Shown here piece by piece: positions 1-10,100 of a stretch of 27,850 bases of DNA (position 1 is its first letter; each line of letters starts with the position of its first letter). This stretch comes from Chromatiales bacterium. GTDB taxonomy: Bacteria > Pseudomonadota > Gammaproteobacteria > Chromatiales > Chromatiaceae. The notes under the pieces were generated by a model. The model did no database searches. It was not told where the DNA came from and saw nothing but the letters and a program-made list of their open reading frames with translations. The translations under genes and the position numbers were made by a program. The DNA lies in contig JASFFK010000001.1 in assembly GCA_050124335.1 (NCBI GenBank), forward strand, positions 1 to 27,850. Direction: 5' to 3'.

Positions 1-2
1 AA

Positions 3-602
3 GCTGCTCAAGCAGCACAGCGGCAGCAAGAGGCCGAGGCACGCCAGGCAGCCATGCGTGCCCAGATGGAAGCCCGCCGCGCAGAGATGCAGAAGCAGAT
101 GGAAGCCCGTCGTCATGCCGCCATGCAGGAACGCGAAGCCGGCCAGTCCAGCGTTGATCCCAGGACCGTCGCCAGGCCGGACGAAACCATGCAGCCACGC
201 GTGCGTGAGCGTCGCCAGGAGATGTATCGCCGGCCTGTCCCGCAACGCTACGAAACACCGCGCGCCACGAGCATGGAACAGGAACAGTGGGAAAGGGCTC
301 GTGCCGAACGTCGCAAGCTCATGGAGCAGCGCATGAAACAGCAGCAGGAAGCCATGCGCCAGCGCATGGATACTGCCATCGAGAACCTGCCGCCGGCACC
401 CATGACGCCGGACATGGCGCCGATGATGCCTGCGCCACAGCGCATGCAGCCCCCGAGAGGTCCGGCGCCGTATGGCTACGATCGCAGCGCGGAACCTCCC
501 CGTATGCCTTATGGTTATGGACGTCCGGCAGCTCCGGCCCCGTACGGACCGCCGCCTGCCGATCCGCGCGCACCACAGGGTTACGGCTATCCGCGTCCCT
601 GA
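3..602 (+). CDS. 5'-truncated low-complexity protein: Q/E/R/A/M coiled-coil region plus P/M-rich linker and P/Y/G-rich tail (possible sulfur-globule-type protein)
   Basis: The frame of ORF 54..602 is open back to base 3 (AAQAAQRQQEAEARQAA-M), so the true start lies outside the window. Contains QMEARR twice at 11-aa spacing and PYGY/GYGY motifs. Followed by a clean terminator, which supports a real gene. Product is inference. Confidence 0.7.
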   Translation, partial: AAQAAQRQQEAEARQAAMRAQMEARRAEMQKQMEARRHAAMQEREAGQSSVDPRTVARPDETMQPRVRERRQEMYRRPVPQRYETPRATSMEQEQWERARAERRKLMEQRMKQQQEAMRQRMDTAIENLPPAPMTPDMAPMMPAPQRMQPPRGPAPYGYDRSAEPPRMPYGYGRPAAPAPYGPPPADPRAPQGYGYPRP

Positions 603-621
603 TCACCAGCGAGCGAAACAG

Positions 622-649
622 AAACGCCGGCCAGTGGCCGGCGTTTTTT
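622..649. terminator. Intrinsic terminator between convergent genes, possibly bidirectional
   Basis: Perfect 11-bp stem AAACGCCGGCC-agt-GGCCGGCGTTT with a T6 run on +; weaker TTTCTGTTT tail on -. Confidence 0.85.
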
Positions 650-666
650 ATACCATTGGCAAAACC

Positions 667-1224
667 CTAGTCGCGCATGAGCCCGCGTATTCTCTTCACA
701 TAGCGACGGGTTTCACGAGGCGCATGGGGTGCAACCTGATCCCACTTCGAAATGTTTTCATGTGATCCGGAGGCCTTCTTCCAGGCCCTGCGAACACCGC
801 CGAATCCGGCGTTGTAGCTACCGAATGCAAAAGCGAGCCGCTCCTCCCTCGGCAAGCCCCTGTTACCCCAGCGCAGATACATCTGGCGGTCGTAATAGAT
901 CCCGGCCGCGATATTCCAGCGGGGTGTCTTGATGTCGACGACGTAGGGATTTTGCTTCTTGATCTCGCGAAAGGTGGAAGGAAGGATCTGCATGATCCCC
1001 ATGGCGCCGGTCGGGCTCCTTGCCGCCGGCCTGAGATTCGATTCAGCAATTGCCTGCGATTTGAACCATTTCCAGTTCACGTGCGGGCCGAAATAGTGTT
1101 TCGAATATTTACGGAACATGCCATCGTACTTCTTCGACCAGTGTTCATCATCCACCGGCGGATCCTTGATCGCCAGCGCGACAGCCGGAATCAGCAGCAG
1201 GCTGAAGAAGAGCGAGGGGCGCAT
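667..1224 (-). CDS. Secreted lytic transglycosylase (SLT domain)
   Basis: Signal-peptide-like N-terminus (MRPSLFFSLLLIPAVALA); catalytic Glu motif AESN; GAMGIMQI (GLMQ-type) motif; YNAG motif. Confidence 0.9.
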   Translation of the reverse strand: MRPSLFFSLLLIPAVALAIKDPPVDDEHWSKKYDGMFRKYSKHYFGPHVNWKWFKSQAIAESNLRPAARSPTGAMGIMQILPSTFREIKKQNPYVVDIKTPRWNIAAGIYYDRQMYLRWGNRGLPREERLAFAFGSYNAGFGGVRRAWKKASGSHENISKWDQVAPHAPRETRRYVKRIRGLMRD

Positions 1225-1225
1225 C

Positions 1226-1456
1226 TCAGTTCAGTCCGAGACCGATGACGAGCCCCAGTGCCGTACCGATGCCGATGAACATGCCGGCGATCATCATGCC
1301 GACGGCAAGATTTCCCTCGGCAAGTTTTTCGGGGATATTGAAATTAACGATGTGGCTGAAAACCTTGCACCCCATCCACATGAAAAAGAGCGTCAGCACG
1401 CCGCCCGTCGCCACGTAAATCAGGTTCAGGACAATGGGGTCGATTTCAGAACTCAT
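1226..1456 (-). CDS. Small two-TM membrane protein, DUF350-like
   Basis: Start reassigned to ATG at 1456 (GGAGG SD upstream). Two hydrophobic helices flanking FNIPEKLAEGNLAVG, typical of DUF350. Confidence 0.75.
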   Translation of the reverse strand: MSSEIDPIVLNLIYVATGGVLTLFFMWMGCKVFSHIVNFNIPEKLAEGNLAVGMMIAGMFIGIGTALGLVIGLGLN

Positions 1457-1668
1457 GGATCCTCCCGTACAGTCGGGGCGGGCAGCCTCGGTTGTCGTTA
1501 TAAACACCAGGGCAGCGGGTCATGCTGCACGGAGTGCTTCTGAGACGTGCCGCTACGCCTGTTGTAAGTTGTTATTCTGTTATTCCCGTTCTGCCGCGCA
1601 ATTGCTGCATGACGGGATATTCATGCAAGAATAAGCCCTGCCCCGATGATGATCAAGCAGAAGCCTCC

Positions 1669-2334
1669 TCACTTGCCATGCAGATACTCTTCGTCGCTAA
1701 ACGAAAAGACCCATTCCGGCTTGAGCCCGACAAGGATCGTCATGATCCAGCCGTTCAGCACGGCTTCCGGGAAAAACATCAGCGGGAAATAGGGAAGGTA
1801 ACTGTGGTTCAGCATCTCCCAGGTGTAGCTCGTGGCCAAAAGCAGGAACAGGAGTGTCAGCAGTGCCGAGAGCACCGCAACGATACCACCGGTCAGGAAG
1901 GCGTTGATAAAGACATAGATGAAAAAATTCTTCGGCAGCCAGGCGCGCACAAGGACCAGGCTGAGCCAGGTGAGGCTTGCTGGCGCAAAGACCTCGACAA
2001 TCATGCTCGGGAAGAAACCGCTCCAGTCACCCATGCCAAAAAGGATCACTGCGCACAGCACGATGGAACCGCCGATGATTGCCATCGACCATCCGAACAT
2101 CAGGGTGAGCGCCGTCATCGCGGAGAGATGAAACACGAGCCCCTCTTGCATCTCCGTGCGCAGGATCCACAGAATGATCATGCCGACAAGGGCACCGAAA
2201 AAGACATTGGAGTTACTGCCATCCAGCAGTTTTCGCCACGGTGCATGGCGCACGGCAAGGCCAATAACTGCTGCAACAGCGACGGCGGTCACACCGATAA
2301 AGCCTGTCGAAAAGAGTGAACCTGACAATTGCAT
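1669..2334 (-). CDS. Energy-coupling factor transporter permease-like (CbiM-like S component) membrane protein
   Basis: About 6-7 TM helices; FHLSAMTALTLMFG, NFFIYVFINAF and YFPLMFFPEAVLNG segments resemble the proteobacterial CbiM-like family. Confidence 0.7.
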   Translation of the reverse strand: MQLSGSLFSTGFIGVTAVAVAAVIGLAVRHAPWRKLLDGSNSNVFFGALVGMIILWILRTEMQEGLVFHLSAMTALTLMFGWSMAIIGGSIVLCAVILFGMGDWSGFFPSMIVEVFAPASLTWLSLVLVRAWLPKNFFIYVFINAFLTGGIVAVLSALLTLLFLLLATSYTWEMLNHSYLPYFPLMFFPEAVLNGWIMTILVGLKPEWVFSFSDEEYLHGK

Positions 2335-2351
2335 CGAAATGGCCCGGTCAA

Positions 2352-2699
2352 TCAGCCGGCAAGCCAGTAGATGACATCATTCTCGACAGCGAGCCTGACA
2401 GGTTGAAGGCGGTCACCGGCACAGGGGCCGCTGACACACCTGCCATCCTCGATCGTGAACAGCGCCCCGTGCGTCGCGCATTCAATGAAACTGCCATCGG
2501 CATCGAGGAACTGGTCCGGGACCCACTCGAGCGGAACACCTGTATGCGGACAGCTGTTGATATAGCCACGCACTTCATTGTCCCGACGGACAACGAAGAG
2601 AGAAACCACTTCGTCGCCTGTATCCATTTCAAAGCCCTTGCTGGCGGGGTTCGCCAGTTCATCAAGGGCACAGAGGGAATAACGTTGCACTGCTCTCAC
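2352..2699 (-). CDS. Rieske [2Fe-2S] ferredoxin-like protein
   Basis: Box 1 CPH (NSCPHTG) and box 2 CxxH (CATHGALF); GTG start (2699 or 2690). Confidence 0.9.
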   Translation of the reverse strand: MRAVQRYSLCALDELANPASKGFEMDTGDEVVSLFVVRRDNEVRGYINSCPHTGVPLEWVPDQFLDADGSFIECATHGALFTIEDGRCVSGPCAGDRLQPVRLAVENDVIYWLAG

Positions 2700-2738
2700 T
2701 CTCTTACCTGAAGCCTGTCAGGCCTGTTGTCTGGCCGT

Positions 2739-3611
2739 TCAAAGTGCATCAGCGAGTGAGTCAAAGCCGGTCTGGCCGCACTTGATTGCCGCCAGGCGCG
2801 CAGCCTCCCTGAGTACGTCCTGAACCGGCATGCCGCAAAGCAAGCCATGGATGATACCCGCGTTGAACACATCGCCGGCACCGACCGTATCGACGACGTT
2901 CGGCACTTCGAAGGCGGGTTGATGATACAGCATATCGTCTCGCGTGAGGGCCCATGCGCCTGCATCGCCCCAGCTGCAGAAGAGTAGCGGGCGCTTCTGT
3001 CCGGCATGACGGGCATGCGCTTCAAGAAATGCCGCTGCATTCTCAAAGCCGTTCGCCCGGGCATACTGCTTCGAGAAGAGCAACACGTCGGGGAGGTGCA
3101 GCAGTCTCTCGATCCCTTCACGCGGCTTCTCGACCTCGAGGCTGAATCGCCTGTCGCTGCGCCCTGCCCGTTCCAGCATCAGGGCAAGTTCAGCCGGAGC
3201 CCGTCCCTCGAAATGGAGCCAGTCGAATGAGCGCAGATCGACACCGGAAAACCATTCCGAACGATATTCCGGAAGGTCACGATAATGAATGATCGTTCGC
3301 GAGCCGTTGCGAGTGTTCAGCGTGATACAGGAAGTCGGCATCTTTCCCTGCTTCAGGCGCATGACATGTTGCATGTCGATGCCTGCATGAGCCAGTTGCC
3401 TCTCGACCTCGACAGCATCAGGCTCCTCCGGCAATACGCCGGCCCAGCTGCAGGCATGCCCGAGACCGGCCAGGACTGTCAGCGTGTTGGTTGCGTTTCC
3501 GCCACGGCTCCTGCGCTGATCGAGCGCACGTACCTCGCTGTCCTCATCAGGATAGCCAGCTACCGTATTGATGATATCGAGTGTCGCAATTCCGACGCCG
3601 AGAATACGCAT
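2739..3611 (-). CDS. PfkB-family carbohydrate kinase, ketohexokinase-like
   Basis: Start reassigned to MRILGVG at 3611. RGGNATNT N-terminal signature, WLHFEGR segment, DTVGAGDVFNAG PfkB signature 2. Confidence 0.85.
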   Translation of the reverse strand: MRILGVGIATLDIINTVAGYPDEDSEVRALDQRRSRGGNATNTLTVLAGLGHACSWAGVLPEEPDAVEVERQLAHAGIDMQHVMRLKQGKMPTSCITLNTRNGSRTIIHYRDLPEYRSEWFSGVDLRSFDWLHFEGRAPAELALMLERAGRSDRRFSLEVEKPREGIERLLHLPDVLLFSKQYARANGFENAAAFLEAHARHAGQKRPLLFCSWGDAGAWALTRDDMLYHQPAFEVPNVVDTVGAGDVFNAGIIHGLLCGMPVQDVLREAARLAAIKCGQTGFDSLADAL

Positions 3612-3893
3612 CCGCACTTCAGCCTCCGCTTGCGTCCTTCCGCAGACCTGCATGTGTCGGCCCGGGACGAATGATCTTGTCATGATTCGACCCAGTCATC
3701 AGGTTGTATCTCTTGTCGGGTTGTCGGGTTTCCGTGATCATGCGTGCATCAGGCGATATGCTTCTGTTTATCGGGTGATTACTGTACACATTTTTACTGT
3801 ACTAAGATCGAAACTATGGTATTTTTCGAATGGCCAGTGACGGTCCCAGTCATATAAATCAATACCCCAGTATCATTAGGAGGAGTCATTATT

Positions 3894-4262
3894 ATGGCGA
3901 CAAAGAAGAAGGCGAGTGCCAAACCTGCAACCAAGAAACTGCCTGCGATCCGCAAGAAGATGACAAAGTCTGAAATCGTTGCTGCGATTGCAGACGAAAC
4001 AGGCCTGACAAAGAAAGATGTCAGCGCAGTATTTGGCACCCTCGGTGACCTGATCACCCGTAACATGAAACGTAACGGTTCCGGCGAGTTCCATATTCCC
4101 GATACCGGCGTAAAGATCGCACGTGTCAAGAAGCCTGCCCGCAAGGCACGCATGGGTCGCAATCCGGCAACTGGCGAAACGATCAAGATTGCTGCAAAAC
4201 CGGCTCACACCGCGGTCAAGGTTACCGCGTTGAAGGTCCTCAAGGACACCATCAGCGCCTGA
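3894..4262 (+). CDS. HU/IHF-family histone-like DNA-binding protein with a Lys/Ala-rich N-terminal extension
   Basis: MTKSEIVAAIADETGLTKKDV helix and RMGRNPATGETIKI arm motif; strong AGGAGGAG SD; downstream terminator. Confidence 0.9.
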   Translation: MATKKKASAKPATKKLPAIRKKMTKSEIVAAIADETGLTKKDVSAVFGTLGDLITRNMKRNGSGEFHIPDTGVKIARVKKPARKARMGRNPATGETIKIAAKPAHTAVKVTALKVLKDTISA

Positions 4263-4305
4263 CCCTCCTGATGCAAGCGCCGTTACTGCACGGCCTTCGC
4301 AGATA

Positions 4306-4337
4306 AAAAAAGCCCGGGATCACTCCCGGGCTTTTTT
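4306..4337. terminator. Bidirectional intrinsic terminator between the HU-like gene and sqr
   Basis: Perfect 14-bp inverted repeat AAAAAAGCCCGGGA-tcac-TCCCGGGCTTTTTT with A/T tracts on both sides, between convergent genes. Confidence 0.92.
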
Positions 4338-4358
4338 ATCTCCTCAAAGGTTGCCCGC

Positions 4359-5714
<1,356 letters not shown>

Positions 5715-5767
5715 TCAGCTGGATCGCCCGGGAAGACGCCTGTCGGCTCATACATAACAGTCTGGAA

Positions 5768-5796
5768 ACGATACTCTCTTGCATGCCAAATTGCAA
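5768..5796 (-). promoter_or_regulatory. Candidate sigma70 promoter of sqr
   Basis: Minus strand TTGCAA (5796-5791), 17-nt spacer, TATCGT (5773-5768); AT-rich tract upstream at about 5805-5821. Confidence 0.55.
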
Positions 5797-5881
5797 AACC
5801 CTGATTTATATAAGTTTTTTAGCATATCAGAGAGTACTGATGTATTTCGCAGATGCGAAGAGCAAGATCCGTAGAGGCCTG

Positions 5882-6301
5882 TCAGAGTGATTCGGTCGAC
5901 TTCGTATCCCCGCCGGTAACGAAGCGCTTTTCACTGTAGCGCAAGACGAGCACCGAGATAGAGAGCACGAGAATACACCCGGCAAGCGTCGTGATCTCGA
6001 GCACACCAAGCTCTTTCAGATCAATCGCAAGATAGCGGGTCACGGCCGTCATGGCGATAAAGAGCAGGAAAATCACGGGCAGGCGGTGGGTGCGAAAGAA
6101 GATACCGGTCATGGCACCAAGCTCGAGATAGATAAACAGCAACAGGATGTCATCGAGGCCAGCATGACTCTTGGACATGATGTTGATGTACTCGTGGATG
6201 GCACTCCAGACGATGGTCCCTCCGATCACGAACAGCCCGACAAGATGAAAGACCTCGATCAGGCTGTCACCGAAACGTTCGATGCTGTTCATTTCCTTCA
6301 T
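5882..6301 (-). CDS. PsiE-family (phosphate-starvation-inducible E-like) membrane protein
   Basis: Four TM segments; LDDILLLFIYLELGAM and LPVIFLLFIAMTAVTR motifs; strong GGAGGAG SD. Confidence 0.85.
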   Translation of the reverse strand: MKEMNSIERFGDSLIEVFHLVGLFVIGGTIVWSAIHEYINIMSKSHAGLDDILLLFIYLELGAMTGIFFRTHRLPVIFLLFIAMTAVTRYLAIDLKELGVLEITTLAGCILVLSISVLVLRYSEKRFVTGGDTKSTESL

Positions 6302-6428
6302 GCTCCTCCTCCCCGACGCTCTTTTATTGGTTATGATCGCAGTCTAGCCTTCCGGAGACTTCAATGACAAATGGATAATCACCCCATGATGAAGCGACTC
6401 GGCATTCCTGACATGAGCGCCTGTTGAG

Positions 6429-7154
6429 ATGTTCAGGCGCAAGGTCTACCTGCCAACCCTCGCAGTCATCTTCCTTGTTTTCGCTGTCGCGATGGCGATC
6501 AACCCGGTCGACCGTCATGACTGGATGCTCGAAAACGTGCTCGTCATCCTGTGTGTCGTGCTGATCGCCGCAACTTACCGGCAATTCCCGCTATCGAGAA
6601 TCTCCTACACGCTGATCTTCCTGTTCCTCATGCTGCACGAGATCGGCTCGCACTACACCTATGCACTGGTTCCCTATGACGACTGGTTTCGTTCCATGAC
6701 AGGGACGGGACTGAACGAACTGTTCGGATTCGAGCGCAACCATTTCGATCGTTTCACGCACTTCGCATACGGTCTGCTGCTTGCTTACCCGATTCGCGAG
6801 ATATTCATCCGCATTGCTGAAGTGAAGGGTTTCTGGAGTTACTTTCTTCCGCTCGACCTGACCATGTCGACCTCGATGCTCTATGAACTTGTCGAATGGG
6901 GTGCAGCGGAATTTTTCGGTGGCGAACTCGGGCAGGCCTACCTCGGAACACAGGGTGATGTGTGGGATGCGCACAAGGACATGGCGCTGGCCAGCCTCGG
7001 CGCCCTGATTGCCATGAGCCTGACGGCAGGCCTGAACGCCTGGTTGCAGCACGACTTCGCCAAGGAATGGAACGAAAGCCTGCGCATCAAGCACAAGCTG
7101 CCACTTGGTGAAGACGAGATCGCGAGAATGCTGCGGCGCACGCCGGATCGTTGA
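6429..7154 (+). CDS. DUF2238-family inner membrane protein
   Basis: DWMLEN, HEIGSHYTYALVP, RNHFDRFTHF, YELVEW and LGTQGDVWDAHKDM motifs. Confidence 0.85.
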   Translation: MFRRKVYLPTLAVIFLVFAVAMAINPVDRHDWMLENVLVILCVVLIAATYRQFPLSRISYTLIFLFLMLHEIGSHYTYALVPYDDWFRSMTGTGLNELFGFERNHFDRFTHFAYGLLLAYPIREIFIRIAEVKGFWSYFLPLDLTMSTSMLYELVEWGAAEFFGGELGQAYLGTQGDVWDAHKDMALASLGALIAMSLTAGLNAWLQHDFAKEWNESLRIKHKLPLGEDEIARMLRRTPDR

Positions 7155-7163
7155 GCGGGCGGC

Positions 7164-10100
7164 CTAGCCGACCCAGGCTCGCGCATTACGAAACAGGCGT
7201 AACCAGGGACTCGCCTCTCCCCAGCCGTCCGGCGCCCAGGAAAACTGGACCGTCCGGAAGACACGTTCGGGGTGCGGCATCATGATGGTGACGCGGCCGT
7301 CTGTCGTCGTCAGACCCGTGATGCCTGCGGGCGATCCGTTCGGGTTTGCCGGGTACTTCTCGGCCATGGAGCCATCGTTCTCGATATAGCGCAGACTCAC
7401 CTGTGCATTGTGCATGTCATTCGCACTCGCGAACTCGGCGCGTCCCTCGCCGTGAGCAACGGCGATCGGGATGCGTGATCCTGCCATGCCGCGCAACAGC
7501 AGGGATTCGCTCTCGAGAATCTCGACGAGAGAGAGACGCGCCTCGAACTGCTCCGAGCGGTTACGCACGAACCTCGGCCAGTGCGCAGCTCCCGGGATCA
7601 GTTCCTTGAGGCCGGAGAGCATCTGGCAGCCATTGCAGACACCAAGCGAGAAGCTGTCCTCGCGGTTGAAGAATGCCTCGAACTCGTCACGCGCCTTGCT
7701 GTTGAACAGGATCGACCTGGCCCAGCCACCACCGGCACCAAGTACATCACCGTATGAAAAGCCGCCGCAGGCCACCAGCCCCTTGAAGGTTTCGAGGGAG
7801 GTACGGCCACTGATGATGTCGGACATGTGCACATCGACTGTCTCGAAGCCCGCCTTGTCGAAAGCTGCAGCCATCTCGACCTGGCCATTCACACCCTGCT
7901 CTCGCAGGATCGCCATTTTCGGTGCAGCGCCGGTATTGATGTATGGCGCTGCAATATCCGCATCCGGATCGAACGACAGATAGGGAGAGAGCCCGGCATC
8001 CTGCAGATCGGTGATACGCGCATACTCCTCGTCCGCGCACTCCGGATTGTCGCGCAATGACTGCATATGCCAGCTGGTTTCCGACCAGGCGGCCTGCAAT
8101 TCACTACGACTGGCCCGGAGCGCGACCCGGTCGCCACGCATAAAGAGAATCTGCTCGTCATCGTAAAGCGGTTTGCCAATGACCCTGACGTGATCTTCCA
8201 TGCCGAAGCTGCCGAGCATTTTCATGACATTGTCGAGATGCTCATCGGAGACCTGGATCACAGCCCCGAGTTCTTCACTGAAGAGCGCGGGAATATCATT
8301 GCTGTCAACAGTGTCGAGGCTGACCTGGAGGCCGCAACGCCCGGCAAAGGCCATTTCAGCGAGAGTCGCCAGCAAGCCGCCATCGGAACGGTCATGGTAG
8401 GCAAGCAGCAATCCCTCGCGATTGAGAGCCTGGATGGCCTGGAAAAAATTCCTGAGCAGTTGCGGTTCGTCGACATCGGGACAGCCGTTGCCAACCTGGC
8501 TGTAGACCTGGGCCAGTGCACTTGCCCCGAGACGATTCTTTCCACGCCCGAGATCGATCAGGACGAGCGTGGAGGGTCCGTGATTCTGACGCAACATCGG
8601 TGTCAGGCTCCTGCGCGCATCGCTGACCGGCGCGAAGGCCGAGACGATCAGCGACAGCGGTGCAGTCATCTCCCGAGGCTCGCCTGCCTGACTCTCCCAG
8701 ACGGTCTTCATCGACATCGAGTCCTTGCCGACAGGAATCGAAAGCCCGAGAGCGGGACAGAGTTCGAGACCAACGGCACGCACTGTTTCGAACAGCCTGG
8801 CATCCTCACCGGGATGTCCGGCAGCCGCCATCCAGTTGGCGGAAAGCTTGATATGCCCGATCTTGTCGATCGGGGCTGCAGCGATGTTGGTGATCGCCTC
8901 GCCGATGGCCATGCGGCCGGAAGCAGCGGCATCGACCAGCGCCAGTGGCGTGCGTTCACCCATCGCCATGGCTTCACCGGTGACATTGTCGTAGTCTGTC
9001 AGCGTCACGGCACAATCCGCAACAGGCACCTGCCATGGCCCGACCATCTGGTCGCGCGCGACCATGCCGGTGATTGTACGGTCACCAATGGTGATGAGAA
9101 ACCGCTTGTCGGCAACAGTCGGCAGGGAGAGAACGCGCAGTGCCGCTTCCTTGATGTCCATCCCTGACACATCGAGATCGGCATAGCGAACCTCGAGGGT
9201 TTCCACGTCCCGTGTCATCTTCGGCGGCTTGCCGAACAGCAGTGACATCGGCATATCGATCGGATTGGCATTGAAGTGACGGTCACCAAGCAGGAGATGT
9301 TCGTCGTCCATCGCCTCGCCCACGATCGCATAGGGGCATCGCTCACGCTCGCAGATTGCCCTGAACTCCTCGAGCCTGTCGGCATCGACCGCCATGACAT
9401 AGCGCTCCTGCGCCTCGTTACACCAGATCTCCATCGGCGTCATGCCGGGATCATCGTTCGGCACCTCGCGCAATTCGAACTTGCCGCCCTTGTCTGCATC
9501 GTGCACCAGTTCGGGCAGCGCATTGGAGAGCCCGCCTGCGCCGACATCGTGAATAAAGAGAATCGGATTGCTGCTGCCGCGCGCCCAGCAACGATCGATC
9601 ACCTCCTGGCAACGACGCTCCATCTCGGGATTGCTGCGTTGTACGGAAGCGAAATCCAGGTCCTCGGCAGAGGTTCCCGAAGTCATCGAGGAGGCCGCGC
9701 CGCCACCGAGACCAATGAGCATGGCCGGGCCACCGAGAACGACCAGCGGCGTGCCGGCGGGAAACGGCTTTTTCTCGATGTGTTCCTCACGGATATTGCC
9801 CACACCGCCAGCCAGCATGATCGGCTTGTGATAGCCGCGCAGCTCCGTTCCATCCGCGTGCTCGACACGCTGTTCGTAGGTACGGAAATAACCGCACAGA
9901 TTGGGACGACCGAACTCGTTGTTGAACGCAGCCGCGCCAATCGGGCCCTCGAGCATGATATCGAGCGCCGAGACGATGCGTCCCGGCCTGCCATGATCGG
10001 CTTCCCAGGGCTTCGGTGCCTTCGGTAACTGCAGGTTGGAGACCGAGAATCCGGTCAGGCCCGCCTTGGGCTTGCCGCCGATACCTGTCGCCCCTTCATC

